64,000 bases of DNA, from assembly GCA_040383485.1 (NCBI GenBank), contig JBEIDK010000001.1:5952-69951 (forward strand), read 5' to 3'. This DNA is from Flavobacteriales bacterium (GTDB lineage: Bacteria; Bacteroidota; Bacteroidia; UBA4408). The position numbers were made by a program, and so were the translations under genes. Under the pieces are notes generated by a model, which was given only the letters and a program-made list of their open reading frames with translations, was not told the DNA's origin and ran no database searches. Positions 29,074-39,971 of the stretch are shown one piece after another; position 1 is the first letter of the stretch, and each line of letters starts with the position of its first letter.

Positions 29074-29109
29074 TTATATTTTTCTTAATCCCTTTCAAAA
29101 AAAATTTAC

Positions 29110-31608
29110 TTGATAACAGAATTTATTGATGTAATTATACCTCAGGCATTACCTAAAACTTTTACCTACCGACTACCTCAGAACTTAACCGGCTTGGCTA
29201 AAATTGGAGTGCGTGTTGTAGTTCCTTTTGGGAAAGCTAAACTATTGACTGGCATAATATGTAACATTAGTAATTTAGCCCCTACTGCATATGAAGCCAA
29301 ATATGTTGAGAGTATCTTAGATGATAAAGAAATTGTAAGTTCTAAACAAATAGAATTTTGGAATTGGATTGCTAGCTATTATCTATGCAACATTGGTGAA
29401 GTAATGAATGCTGCATTGCCTAGTGGACTAAAACTAAGTAGTGAAGCTAAATATTTATTACGAAATGATTTTGTTGATGACTCAGGAAATTTAATTGATT
29501 TCAAAACAAAAATACTTTCAGATAAAGAATTCCTAATTACAGAAGCATTGAGTATCAGACATATTCTTACTTTAGACGAAATGCGCGAAGTATTAGGGAT
29601 TAAATCTGTGCATAATATTGTAAAGTCATTGCTCGAAAAAAATGTCATTTATATTGAGCAACAAATAATTGAAAAATTCAAACCAAAATTAGAAACTGTA
29701 ATTCAATTAAATAGCGAATATGAGGATGAAAAGAAATTGGAAGCCCTAATAAATACATTAGAAAAAAAAGCTTTTAAACAACTTGAACTTTTACTTCAAT
29801 ATTTAAAAATTTGCAATTATGCAAAAAATAATTTTCCAGAAATTAAAAAAAACACATTGACAGATGGTTTAGAAAAAACAGATTCAGCATTAACTTCATT
29901 AGTCAAGAAAAAAATATTTAATCAATCGCAAAAACAAAAAGATAGATTTTTTTTTGATGGTACTACTTCAGAAATAAAACCTTTAAATGATGAACAAACT
30001 AATGCACTAGAATCTATAAAAGAAAGTCATAAAAGCAAGGAGGTAGTTTTATTGCATGGTGTTACAGGAAGTGGCAAAACAGAAGTATACATACAACTTA
30101 TTGATGAAATAATAAAAAGTGGGAAGCAGGTACTTTATTTATTACCAGAAATTGCGCTTACTACTCAAGCAATTGTGCGATTACAAAAAGTGTTTGGTGA
30201 TAAAGTTGGAGTATATCATTCAAGGCAAAACGAAAGTGAAAGAGTTGAAATTTGGAATAGGGTTTTAAATAAAGAAAAAGCTAACAACTATCCTTTAGTG
30301 CTTGGTGCAAGGTCTTCTCTATTTTTACCTTTCACAAATCTTGGTTTAATAATCATTGATGAAGAACATGATTTTAGTTACAAACAAAATGAACCTGCTC
30401 CAAGATATCATGCTCGTGACGCAGCAATCTACCTGGCATTTCAACACAAAGCAAAGGTAGTTCTAGGCACAGCAACTCCTTCAATAGAAAGCTACTATAA
30501 TGCTCAAGTAAATAAATATGGATTAGCCTTAATTAAAAATAGATTTGGAAGCTCTATTTTACCTCAAACAACAATAGTTGATATGAAAAAGTATAGGAAA
30601 GAAAAAAATTTACATTCCTACTTTTCATATGAATTAATTGAAGCAATAGCCGAAAATTTAGAAAAGAAAAAACAAGTAATACTTTTTCAAAATAGACGGG
30701 GATTTTCTCCAATGCTTGAATGTAAATCATGTGCGCACATTCCTCAGTGCATTAATTGCGATGTAAGTTTAACCTACCATAAAGGGGTCAATATTTTGCG
30801 CTGTCATTATTGTGGTTATTCTACTCCCCCGCCACAAGTATGCGCTAAATGCGGCGGAACAGAGGTATTAATGAAAGGTGCTGGTACCGAAAAAATTGAA
30901 GAAGAATTACAAGTATTTTTTCAAGATGCGAAAATTGCAAGAATGGATTTAGATACAACAAGAAGTAAATATGCCTTTCAGCAAATAATTTATGAATTTG
31001 AAGAAGGAAATATTGATATTTTAGTTGGTACTCAAATGGTTTCGAAAGGACTAGATTTTACAAATGTAGGACTTGTAGGAGTGATTAATGCAGACTCATT
31101 GTTGCATTATCCAAATTTTCGTTCGTTTGAAAGATGTTATCAATTGTTGATACAAGTATCCGGGAGAGCTGGACGTGGTGTGGATATAGGAAACGTAATC
31201 ATACAAACTGCTAACCCAGAGAATAAGGTAATACAGCAAGTTTTAAACAATAACTATCCATTATTTTACGAGTCACAAATTGAGGAAAGAAAGAATTTTA
31301 ACTATCCACCTTTTTCAAAATTAATTGAATTAAATTTAAGAAGTAAAGATATTAATGAGTTGAATGTTGCTTCTCAATACTTAGCAGATAATTTAAAAAC
31401 ACAATTTGGAAAAAGACTTTTAGGGCCAGAATTTCCTCCTGTAAAAAAAATCAGAAATCAATATCACAAAAACATACTTATTAAAATTGAAAAAGACGCG
31501 TCAATTATAAATAGTAAAAAAATTATAATGCAACATATTCAAGCATTTAATTTAAACAAGGAATTTAAAAAGGTAATGGTAATAATTGATGTAGATGTCT
31601 ACAGTTAA
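29110..31608 (+). CDS. priA: Primosomal protein N' (replication restart helicase)
   Basis: Walker A LLHGVTGSGKTEVY, DEEHD box, Cys-rich zinc region (CKSCAHIPQCINCDVSLTYH...LRCHYCGY...CAKCG). TTG start. Confidence 0.9.
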   Translation: MITEFIDVIIPQALPKTFTYRLPQNLTGLAKIGVRVVVPFGKAKLLTGIICNISNLAPTAYEAKYVESILDDKEIVSSKQIEFWNWIASYYLCNIGEVMNAALPSGLKLSSEAKYLLRNDFVDDSGNLIDFKTKILSDKEFLITEALSIRHILTLDEMREVLGIKSVHNIVKSLLEKNVIYIEQQIIEKFKPKLETVIQLNSEYEDEKKLEALINTLEKKAFKQLELLLQYLKICNYAKNNFPEIKKNTLTDGLEKTDSALTSLVKKKIFNQSQKQKDRFFFDGTTSEIKPLNDEQTNALESIKESHKSKEVVLLHGVTGSGKTEVYIQLIDEIIKSGKQVLYLLPEIALTTQAIVRLQKVFGDKVGVYHSRQNESERVEIWNRVLNKEKANNYPLVLGARSSLFLPFTNLGLIIIDEEHDFSYKQNEPAPRYHARDAAIYLAFQHKAKVVLGTATPSIESYYNAQVNKYGLALIKNRFGSSILPQTTIVDMKKYRKEKNLHSYFSYELIEAIAENLEKKKQVILFQNRRGFSPMLECKSCAHIPQCINCDVSLTYHKGVNILRCHYCGYSTPPPQVCAKCGGTEVLMKGAGTEKIEEELQVFFQDAKIARMDLDTTRSKYAFQQIIYEFEEGNIDILVGTQMVSKGLDFTNVGLVGVINADSLLHYPNFRSFERCYQLLIQVSGRAGRGVDIGNVIIQTANPENKVIQQVLNNNYPLFYESQIEERKNFNYPPFSKLIELNLRSKDINELNVASQYLADNLKTQFGKRLLGPEFPPVKKIRNQYHKNILIKIEKDASIINSKKIIMQHIQAFNLNKEFKKVMVIIDVDVYS

Positions 31609-31610
31609 AG

Positions 31611-31997
31611 TTAATCTCTTTCAAGAATTGATTTAATATCAGGTCTAAAATAATTATTGCTTTTTAAAATCTTGCCATCTTCCCTAAAAATTGGTTTGCC
31701 GTTGTCATCAAGCTTACTCATATTACTTCTTTGTATTTCATCAAAAACTTCTTGCATCTTATGCTGTAAACCATGACGCATAATTGTACCAAAGGTTATG
31801 TATAAAATATCTCCTAGCGCATCTGCAATTTCAACCATATTGCCGGCTTTACAAGCTTCTAAGTATTCTTCATTTTCTTCTTTCAGCAAATTATATCGAA
31901 GTTGATTTTCATTTTCTGATAGTAAAGTTGGAGTATTGTTATTCCCAATCTCGAATATTTCGTGAAAGTGTGCTACCTTGTCAATGTTATTTTTCAT
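31611..31997 (-). CDS. MazG-like nucleoside triphosphate pyrophosphohydrolase family protein
   Basis: All-alpha 128-aa protein with LLKEENEEYLEA...EIADALGDILY, the EExxE...D metal-binding pattern of MazG-type NTP-PPases. Confidence 0.6.
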   Translation of the reverse strand: MKNNIDKVAHFHEIFEIGNNNTPTLLSENENQLRYNLLKEENEEYLEACKAGNMVEIADALGDILYITFGTIMRHGLQHKMQEVFDEIQRSNMSKLDDNGKPIFREDGKILKSNNYFRPDIKSILERD

Positions 31998-32098
31998 GCT
32001 CTTTTTTATTTCAAAAGTATTTAAAGTTTTACAAAAATTTTCTTAAAGAAATAAACATAATTATTAACCAAACGTTTTACACTTGCTATATAAATATA

Positions 32099-33010
32099 AT
32101 GAATGATCATAAAACAGTTTTAATATCTGGAGCAACAGGAACTATTGGAAGAAGTCTAATCCGAACTCTGCATTCTAAAGGGTTTAAAGTACATGCCTTA
32201 TCTAGAAAAATTTCTAAGATTAAAAATGCTAAGGTTTTTTTATGGGACATAGAAAAAAGTTATATCGATACAGCTTGCTTTGAAAATGTAGGTTATATTT
32301 TACACTTAGCAGGAGAAGGAATAGCAGATAAAAATTGGAGTGCTGAAAGAAAAAAGCAAATTATTGATTCAAGAGTTAAAGGAGCTGAGCTTCTATATCA
32401 AGCTACAAAGCAGAATAAAATAAAGTTAGAAAAGTTTATAACTGCTTCAGCAGTAGGCTATTTTGGTGCAGATGCCGATGATAAGATATACAACGAAGAT
32501 GATAAACCTGCCAATGATTTTTTAGGTGAATGTTGCGTTAAATGGGAGTTAGCGGCTGATTTATTTAATGATATATGCCCAGTTGTAAAAGTAAGGCTAG
32601 CTGTTGTATTAGACAAAAAAACTGGTGCCTTCCCTAAATTAATTCTGCCAATTAAATTTGGTATTGCTTCAGCATTGGGCAGTGGCAAGCAATCAATGGC
32701 TTGGATTCATGTAAAAGATGCTGTTCAAATATTTTATAATTCAATTGTAGATCCTAGCATAGTAGGCATCTATATAGCTGCATCACCTCAACATCAAAGC
32801 AATGAAAGTTTTACAAAAATAGTTGCTAAGGTTATGAAAAGGCCATTTTTTTTACCCAATGTACCAAGCTTAATTTTAAAAACCTTTTTTGGAGAAATGA
32901 GTGATGTCTTGCTGCATGGTCAAAATGTATATCCAAAAAGATTAATTGCACATGGTTATAAATTTGAATTTGAAGACTTAGAAAAAGCAATCATTGATTT
33001 ACGAAAGTGA
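32099..33010 (+). CDS. TIGR01777/YfcH-type NAD-dependent epimerase-like protein (SDR fold plus DUF1731-like C-terminus)
   Basis: Starts at internal ATG 32099 with ISGATGTIGRSL Rossmann motif. The upstream part of the track ORF is antisense to the MazG-like gene. Confidence 0.75.
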   Translation: MNDHKTVLISGATGTIGRSLIRTLHSKGFKVHALSRKISKIKNAKVFLWDIEKSYIDTACFENVGYILHLAGEGIADKNWSAERKKQIIDSRVKGAELLYQATKQNKIKLEKFITASAVGYFGADADDKIYNEDDKPANDFLGECCVKWELAADLFNDICPVVKVRLAVVLDKKTGAFPKLILPIKFGIASALGSGKQSMAWIHVKDAVQIFYNSIVDPSIVGIYIAASPQHQSNESFTKIVAKVMKRPFFLPNVPSLILKTFFGEMSDVLLHGQNVYPKRLIAHGYKFEFEDLEKAIIDLRK

Positions 33011-33111
33011 CCAGCAGCTCAAGAATACAGTGTACCAATAAGCATAATTTTTTTGTTTTTGGTACTCTATTTATATTTTATAATATTGACAAAAATTAAT
33101 CATTCTTAAAA

Positions 33112-33549
33112 ATGCAAACAGCAGAAATAATTACTGAAAAAGGAACTATGAAGGTTCAATTTTATGAAAAAGACGCTCCCGAAACTGTTAAAAACTTTGT
33201 TACATTAAGTAAAAAAGGTTTTTATAATGGACTAACCTTTCATAGGGTTATTCCTGATTTTGTGATACAAGGAGGTTGCCCCAACGGCACTGGTGCTGGT
33301 GGCCCAGGATACAAAATTAAATGTGAGGTAAGTGGAGAAAACCAGTATCATGACAGAGGTGTGCTTTCTATGGCTCATGCTGGAAGAGATACAGGTGGCT
33401 CACAATTCTTTATTGTTCATTCACGTAATAATACTGCTCATTTAGATAGAAACCATACATGTTTTGGTAAAGTAGTTGAAGGTATTGATGTAATTGATGA
33501 TATTAGAATGGGTGATAAAATTATTGAAATAAAAATATCAGAATCTTAA
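33112..33549 (+). CDS. ppiB: Peptidylprolyl isomerase, cyclophilin type
   Basis: FHRVIPDFVIQGG, GVLSMAHAG and GSQFFI motifs. Confidence 0.9.
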   Translation: MQTAEIITEKGTMKVQFYEKDAPETVKNFVTLSKKGFYNGLTFHRVIPDFVIQGGCPNGTGAGGPGYKIKCEVSGENQYHDRGVLSMAHAGRDTGGSQFFIVHSRNNTAHLDRNHTCFGKVVEGIDVIDDIRMGDKIIEIKISES

Positions 33550-33585
33550 ATATATAAAGGTTATCGCTAAATAATTTTAATAAAT

Positions 33586-33620
33586 AAAAAACCTCTGGAA
33601 TAATACCAGAGGTTTTTTAT
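33586..33620 (+). terminator. Rho-independent terminator
   Basis: AAAAAACCTCTGG-aataata-CCAGAGGTTTTTT hairpin with a T tail. Confidence 0.75.
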
Positions 33621-33739
33621 TTACGTACACTTATATTTTCTTCATTATTTAAAAAAGGCAATAAAAGTTCAAAAAATATTTATTGCACTAAGAAACTAAC
33701 TTTATTAGTTTAATTAGCAAATACTCAAATAAAGACAAT

Positions 33740-35113
33740 TTATAGCTTAGTAAATTTCCTTACTATCTGTTTATAATTATCAGAGTTTATTTGAACAAAA
33801 TAAATTCCTTTACTTAAATTAGATATATTAATAGGTTGTTTTGCATTCCTAATACTTCCTGATAAAATAATTTGCCCCTCAATATTTATAATTGAATAAC
33901 TACTATTAATTGGCATATCAGTCATATTTATAAACAGTTCAGAGTTTGCTGGATTTGGAAATAGTTGTAATTCACTATCGTCAACTTTAGAAATTCCTAC
34001 AAAAATATAAGGTACACAATTGGTTGTATCGGTACAATTACTTGTTGTAACAATTGCAGCATAGTTTCCATTATTTGAAGGGCTATAAGTTTGAGCAGTA
34101 GCTCCGCTTATTATTTGATTTGTAGAGCAGTCAAACCATTGATATGTTGCTCCAGCTTGTGCGGCTTGTATTGAATTTCCTTGCTGAGTTGCCGTTAAAT
34201 TTGTGACATCTAAATTCAATTCAACTACCGAATCGCATGAATTTGAGCCAGGATATCTATGAACATAAAATCCTGAATTTGATAACGGTTGACCAACAAA
34301 ATTAAAGGTTTGACCTTGACAAATATTCTGGTTTAATAGCGTTGCATTATCAACACCTTGAACAAAATTTGACCCATTGCCAGTGAGCGGCATACCAATG
34401 ATAGAAGCATTAATATTTAAACGTGAATCTTTTACAGAAGTAATACTTGTGTTATTACCACCAGCAACTCCTTGATTAAAATCATAGTAAAGTAGTAAAC
34501 CACTTTTTGAGGTATCGATAGTGCTTTTGTATGCACAATATACTTCGTCATATTTTAAACCTTTATTCCATAAACTAACCTCATCTAATTTTCCATGAAG
34601 CATAAACTGTGTGGTATTCCAAAATGTTTTTCCCATTAGAAAAGGTATTGTTGCATTGGTAATAGTTCCAGTAGCAATAATTGAATCAGTCATAGCACCA
34701 TTCACAAAGAACCTTAATTTTGAACCATCATAAGTCAAAGCAAAATGCTGCCATGAATATCGAGTAACTGCTCGAGAAATAGTATATGCTGTACCAGCAC
34801 TGTTTCGGAATCTTGCTTCCATATTACCATTCGCTAATTGTAACATATAAAAGTCAGCATTGGTATTATTTCTAAATCCCAACAATCCATTATAGTTTGT
34901 ATTGTTAGTTAATGGGGTGTCAATATAGGCCCAACAAGTCATTGTAATACCTGTTCCGCCTGCAATTAGGCCTGACGCATTTGCTGCACTTATGTAATCA
35001 TTTACTCCATCAAAACTCATACAATTATGTTGTACTTGTGCATTTGAGTACCCAATAAAAACGAGGAAAATAATTGAACATGAAGTATAAAAGGATAGTA
35101 ATTTTTTTTTCAT
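33740..35113 (-). CDS. LamG/concanavalin-A-like lectin domain protein with T9SS C-terminal sorting domain
   Basis: Signal peptide. The LamG-like half ends in GKLDEVSLWNKGL. C-terminus LQLFPNPANSELFINM...GIYFVQINSDNYKQIVRKFTKL. Confidence 0.7.
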   Translation of the reverse strand: MKKKLLSFYTSCSIIFLVFIGYSNAQVQHNCMSFDGVNDYISAANASGLIAGGTGITMTCWAYIDTPLTNNTNYNGLLGFRNNTNADFYMLQLANGNMEARFRNSAGTAYTISRAVTRYSWQHFALTYDGSKLRFFVNGAMTDSIIATGTITNATIPFLMGKTFWNTTQFMLHGKLDEVSLWNKGLKYDEVYCAYKSTIDTSKSGLLLYYDFNQGVAGGNNTSITSVKDSRLNINASIIGMPLTGNGSNFVQGVDNATLLNQNICQGQTFNFVGQPLSNSGFYVHRYPGSNSCDSVVELNLDVTNLTATQQGNSIQAAQAGATYQWFDCSTNQIISGATAQTYSPSNNGNYAAIVTTSNCTDTTNCVPYIFVGISKVDDSELQLFPNPANSELFINMTDMPINSSYSIINIEGQIILSGSIRNAKQPINISNLSKGIYFVQINSDNYKQIVRKFTKL

Positions 35114-35204
35114 AATGAAACAATTAAATTATTAGACGTAAAATTAATAATAAATTCGTTTACTAAAGTAACACTTTAGATGTAATTTAAATTTATGAGC
35201 TAGG

Positions 35205-35930
35205 TTAATTTATAAACTTAATTAATGAAAGACAACCAGTAATAAAAACCAGTATCAATACAAAAGATTTAAATTGCTTTTCAGAAACAAGTAAAAGAAT
35301 TTTTTTTCCTATAAATGTACCGACAATGCTAATTACTAATAGAATAGGAATTAAGTAAAAATCGTCTTTATGCATATAGCCATTATAGAAATAAACAACG
35401 CTCCTTGAGGCATCTATACATAAATCAATCATTGCAGACGTGACAATAAAAACTTCCATCTTTAAATTATAAGAGGCCAAAACTATTCCTCTAATGGCTC
35501 CACCTGTACCAATTAAACCAGCAACAAACCCAGAAAATATTCCACCTCCTAAGGTATTGGCGAATGTAGGTTTGACCTGAATTTCTTTTTTAAATAGAAA
35601 AAACAGGCTTATTAAAATTAAAAAAATTGACAAGGTAATTTCAAGAAATTTTGTTTCAACATATTTGCTTAGTAATGCACCAATAATGACGAAAACAACC
35701 GCAGGAATTCCAAGTGATAATGCAATTTTTTTATCGAAGCCTCCTTTGAAAATTCCAATTTTTGCAAGGTTACTTGAAACATGAAATAAAGCAGTAACTC
35801 CAAGCACAGAATGAAAATCTAAAAAGTAACTTGCTATTGGAATAAAAAATAATGAAGAGCCGAATCCTCCTATGGTTCCGAGAATTTCTGCTAATAGCGC
35901 CAATAATATAAATAAAGGTAAGTTCTCCAA
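35205..35930 (-). CDS. TauE/SafE family sulfite exporter-like membrane protein
   Basis: 241 aa, about 7-8 TM segments, internally duplicated G-rich helices (GTIGGFGSSLF / GLIGTGGAIRG). Confidence 0.75.
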   Translation of the reverse strand: MENLPLFILLALLAEILGTIGGFGSSLFFIPIASYFLDFHSVLGVTALFHVSSNLAKIGIFKGGFDKKIALSLGIPAVVFVIIGALLSKYVETKFLEITLSIFLILISLFFLFKKEIQVKPTFANTLGGGIFSGFVAGLIGTGGAIRGIVLASYNLKMEVFIVTSAMIDLCIDASRSVVYFYNGYMHKDDFYLIPILLVISIVGTFIGKKILLLVSEKQFKSFVLILVFITGCLSLIKFIN

Positions 35931-35950
35931 AAGTTCTTTATAATATATAA

Positions 35951-38347
35951 TTACCCAATCAACTTCAACTTTGCAAATCTCAATATCAATTGTTTTTTAC
36001 CATTATTGCCAAAGTCAATAGTTGCCTTTTGATTTTGACCAGTACCTTCCAACAAAATAATTTCTCCTTTTCCAAATCTTGCATGCTCAACCTTATTGCC
36101 GACATTTAAATCTAAGATTTCATCTGCCACAGAACTACCTCCAGTATTCGAAGTTAAGCGAGTTAAATTTTTAGGCACAGCAACAGGAGCAGACTTCGGA
36201 GTTAAAGGCTTTGTTGTATTTGGAGGGTTGTAACTTGTTTTTTTTGTGAAACTACTTGTTCCAAAACTTCCTCTGTTGCCCCATCCACCATTGTCTTCTT
36301 CATCAAACGAATTAGATTTTTTTTGAGGAGTAGGCAAATCTAAAAATTGTTGGTCAATCTCTTCTAAAAACCTACTTGGCTCACAACTAATTAAATTACC
36401 ATACTTAAATCGAGTTGTAGCATAGGATAACATCAATTTTTTTTCTGCACGAGTAATCGCAACATAAAATAATCGTCGTTCTTCTTCTAAGTCCTCACGA
36501 TTATTAAGTGTCATTTGAGATGGAAATAAATTTTCTTCTAAGCCAACTACAAATACATATGGGAATTCTAATCCCTTTGCTGAATGAATAGTCATTAAAG
36601 TTACCTTGTCAGCATCTTTTCCATCTTCATCTTTTTGTTCGCTATCAGTTAACAAAGCAATGTCTTGCATAAAATAAGCTAATGATTTTTCATTGCCAGC
36701 TAGCATTGGTTCTTCAGGCAATTGTTCTGTTGCAGTTCTTACTAAATCGTCTTCTGCAAATTCTTTTACACCATTTAATAATTCTTGAATATTATCATAA
36801 CGACTCACACCTTCTGGAGATTTATCGTTATACAATTCTCTAAGGATACCCGTATGCTTAGCAATATGTTCGGCAACGGAGTAAGCTTCTTGCACAGGAA
36901 TCATAACCCCAAATGACTTTATCATTGCAACAAAGTCATTGATTTTTCCAATTGTACCGGAATTTATTCCAGTATTATAAGCACTTATATTTTCAATAAT
37001 TTGCCACATTGATTTTTCGTTTTCTCCAGCGGCTAAAACAATTCTATCAATACTAGTTTGCCCAATACCACGTATGGGGTAATTGATTACACGTTTTAAA
37101 GCTTCTTCGTCATTCGGATTTAGTGATAACCTAAAATAAGATAGTAAATCTTTAATTTCTTTGCGCTGATAGAATGACAATCCACCATATACGCGATAAT
37201 CAATATTCATTTTTCGCAAAGCTTCTTCCATAGCTCTGCTCTGAGCGTTTGTTCTATATAAAATGGCGAAATTTTTGTTTCGTGCTTGCGCATTATTTTT
37301 AATATCGAAGATATTTTGAGCAACATTCCATCCTTCCTCTGTATCAGAAAATGTGCGAAGTACTTTTATTTTATCGCCTTCTAAATTATCAGTCCAAATA
37401 TTTTTTTTAATCTGATTCTGATTATTTTTAATGATAGAATTGGCTGCATTTACAATGACTTTTGTGCTTCTATAATTTTGTTCTAAAGCAAAGGTTTTGG
37501 CTTCAGGGTAATCCTTTTTAAAATTCAATATGTTCTGAATATTTGCTCCACGAAAAGCATATATACTCTGAGAGTCATCGCCAACAACACAAACATTTTC
37601 AAATGCTGCTGCCAATTTTTTTACGATAATGTATTGAGAATAATTCGTATCCTGATACTCATCAACCATAACATACTTAAATTTATGTTGGTATTTACTT
37701 AACAAGTCTGGACAATCTCTAAACAACACATTAGTATTAAATAATAAATCATCAAAATCCATTGCTCCACTTGCAAACAGGCGTTTTTGATATTGCTCAT
37801 ATAGCTTTCCCAAATGTGGTTTTTGACTACTAAAGTCTTCTGCAACCAACTCTTTGTTGTTTTGATATGCCTGCCAACTCACTAAATTATTTTTAGCTGC
37901 TGAAATTCTATTATATACCAAATTTGGTTTATAAACTTCATCACTCAACCCATTTTCCTTGATTAACGATTTGATTAAATTTTTTGCATCAGCAGTATCA
38001 TAGATTGTAAAATTATTTGGATACCCAATTCTTTCACTTTCTATCCGAAGTATCTTAGCAAAAACGCTATGAAAAGTTCCCATCCAAAGATTCTTTGCTT
38101 CATTACCACCAATTAAATTGGCAATACGCTCCTTCATTTCGCGAGAAGCTTTATTAGTAAAGGTTAGGGTAAGAATATTAAAAGCATCGATACCATTTTT
38201 TATTAGGTGAGCAATACGATATGTAATCACTCTAGTTTTTCCTGAGCCTGCGCCAGCAATTATCATTACAGGCCCATCGGTATTTATTACAGCTTCACGT
38301 TGCACCTTATTTAAGCCGTTTAAATATTCATTTTCAGTATCAAACAT
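35951..38347 (-). CDS. ATP-dependent DNA helicase, UvrD/PcrA/Rep family
   Basis: LNKVQREAV, AGAGSGKTRV, VDEYQDTN, TIHSAKGLEFP and VAITRA motifs, plus a C-terminal Tudor-like tail. Confidence 0.9.
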   Translation of the reverse strand: MFDTENEYLNGLNKVQREAVINTDGPVMIIAGAGSGKTRVITYRIAHLIKNGIDAFNILTLTFTNKASREMKERIANLIGGNEAKNLWMGTFHSVFAKILRIESERIGYPNNFTIYDTADAKNLIKSLIKENGLSDEVYKPNLVYNRISAAKNNLVSWQAYQNNKELVAEDFSSQKPHLGKLYEQYQKRLFASGAMDFDDLLFNTNVLFRDCPDLLSKYQHKFKYVMVDEYQDTNYSQYIIVKKLAAAFENVCVVGDDSQSIYAFRGANIQNILNFKKDYPEAKTFALEQNYRSTKVIVNAANSIIKNNQNQIKKNIWTDNLEGDKIKVLRTFSDTEEGWNVAQNIFDIKNNAQARNKNFAILYRTNAQSRAMEEALRKMNIDYRVYGGLSFYQRKEIKDLLSYFRLSLNPNDEEALKRVINYPIRGIGQTSIDRIVLAAGENEKSMWQIIENISAYNTGINSGTIGKINDFVAMIKSFGVMIPVQEAYSVAEHIAKHTGILRELYNDKSPEGVSRYDNIQELLNGVKEFAEDDLVRTATEQLPEEPMLAGNEKSLAYFMQDIALLTDSEQKDEDGKDADKVTLMTIHSAKGLEFPYVFVVGLEENLFPSQMTLNNREDLEEERRLFYVAITRAEKKLMLSYATTRFKYGNLISCEPSRFLEEIDQQFLDLPTPQKKSNSFDEEDNGGWGNRGSFGTSSFTKKTSYNPPNTTKPLTPKSAPVAVPKNLTRLTSNTGGSSVADEILDLNVGNKVEHARFGKGEIILLEGTGQNQKATIDFGNNGKKQLILRFAKLKLIG

Positions 38348-38471
38348 TTTTAAAATTTAAGAATACAAATTTAGCGTTTTACAACGCCATTTATTGAATT
38401 ATTAATAACTTTTGATATTAATTAAAACATGATTATTAAATTTCATTTTATGTATTACTTTAGAAAAAAAT

Positions 38472-39971
38472 ATGTCGCTAATTTTATTCTTTAACCCTAG
38501 GGCTCAAAATCATAAAGCTCGCTTGCCAAATAGCATTTTGCAAGTTGCTGCAAGCATTGATAATATTTATGAATGGGATATAGTAGATGGAAATTTAGAA
38601 ACAGATCCATGGATTAAGATAGAAGCTATTTTATGTAAAGGAGAAACTAAGTATTTTGCGAGTACAGTAATGCCTGGTCCACAATTAAGGCAAGCAATTC
38701 CTTTTTCAAAAACAATACGCGAAAAATATCCTGATATAAAAATTATTTGGGGAGGCTATTTCCCATCCAATCAACCTTTAACTGTTTTATCATCGGGTTT
38801 CGTTGATTTTGTTGTGAATGGAATGGGAGATAAGTGTTTCCCGAAATTAATTGCAAGTTTAGAAGCTGGAACATCATATAAAGAAACACCTAACCTTATC
38901 TACTATGAGGAAGGGAAAATAATAAAAACAAAGAAAGATGAGATTTACGAATTGGATACATTACCTCCTTTCCCATACGAAAAACTAAATTCTATATATC
39001 CCTTAGAAAAATATTTAGGCAAAACGTATTTAGGTAAAAAAACTATGGGCTATCACAGTAGTTTTGGCTGTCCGTTTACCTGTTCATTTTGCGCAGTAGT
39101 TCCAATATACAATGCACGCTGGAAAGGAAAGTCAGCTCGACTTATTTATGAAGATGTCAAATATTTAAAAGATAAATATAAAGCCGATGCGATTGAATTT
39201 CATGATAATAATTTTTTTGTGTCAGAAAAAAGGGTGGTAGAATTTGCAGAGCTTATTAAAGATGAAAATATGATTTGGTGGGGAGAAGCGCGTATAGACA
39301 CAATGCATAAATATAAAGATGAATCATTGAAATTGATTCGCGATGCAGGATGTAAAATGATATTTTTTGGTGCAGAAACTGGTAATGATGCAATATTAAA
39401 AAAAATGGATAAGGGTGGTACTCAAACTGCCAAACAGATTGAAGAATTTGCTGCACGATTAAAAAAATTTGATATTATTCCTGAATATTCATTTGTACTT
39501 GGAACACCTGCTGAAACAGAAACTGAGGTAAATGAACAAATAGATTTCGACATTAATTTTATTAGAAAAATAAAAGATATAAATCCTGATACTGAAATTA
39601 TTATTTACACCTACAGTCCAGTACCTACTGAAGGATCAGATATGTATGAAAAAGTGAAGGCTGCTGGGTTTTCATTTCCAGAAAAATTAGAAGATTGGAT
39701 CAGTCCGGCATGGCAAAATTTTGACTTACGTAAAAATCCTTTAACACCTTGGTTAAAGCCATACATGATTGATAAGATAAGAAATTTTGAAACTGTATTG
39801 AATGGCTATCATCCAACAGTTTCAGATATAAAACTAACTAAACAACATAAAAAAATAGTAAAATTAATAAGCGCAATAAGGTACAAATCAAAAATATATG
39901 CTATGCCTTATGAAATAAAATTACTTCATAAAATATGGCGTTATAGACAACCAGAAACTGAAGGATTTTGA
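38472..39971 (+). CDS. B12-binding-domain radical SAM protein
   Basis: N-terminal Rossmann-like B12-type domain, then the CPFTCSFCAV (CxxxCxxC) radical SAM cluster motif; 499 aa. Confidence 0.8.
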   Translation: MSLILFFNPRAQNHKARLPNSILQVAASIDNIYEWDIVDGNLETDPWIKIEAILCKGETKYFASTVMPGPQLRQAIPFSKTIREKYPDIKIIWGGYFPSNQPLTVLSSGFVDFVVNGMGDKCFPKLIASLEAGTSYKETPNLIYYEEGKIIKTKKDEIYELDTLPPFPYEKLNSIYPLEKYLGKTYLGKKTMGYHSSFGCPFTCSFCAVVPIYNARWKGKSARLIYEDVKYLKDKYKADAIEFHDNNFFVSEKRVVEFAELIKDENMIWWGEARIDTMHKYKDESLKLIRDAGCKMIFFGAETGNDAILKKMDKGGTQTAKQIEEFAARLKKFDIIPEYSFVLGTPAETETEVNEQIDFDINFIRKIKDINPDTEIIIYTYSPVPTEGSDMYEKVKAAGFSFPEKLEDWISPAWQNFDLRKNPLTPWLKPYMIDKIRNFETVLNGYHPTVSDIKLTKQHKKIVKLISAIRYKSKIYAMPYEIKLLHKIWRYRQPETEGF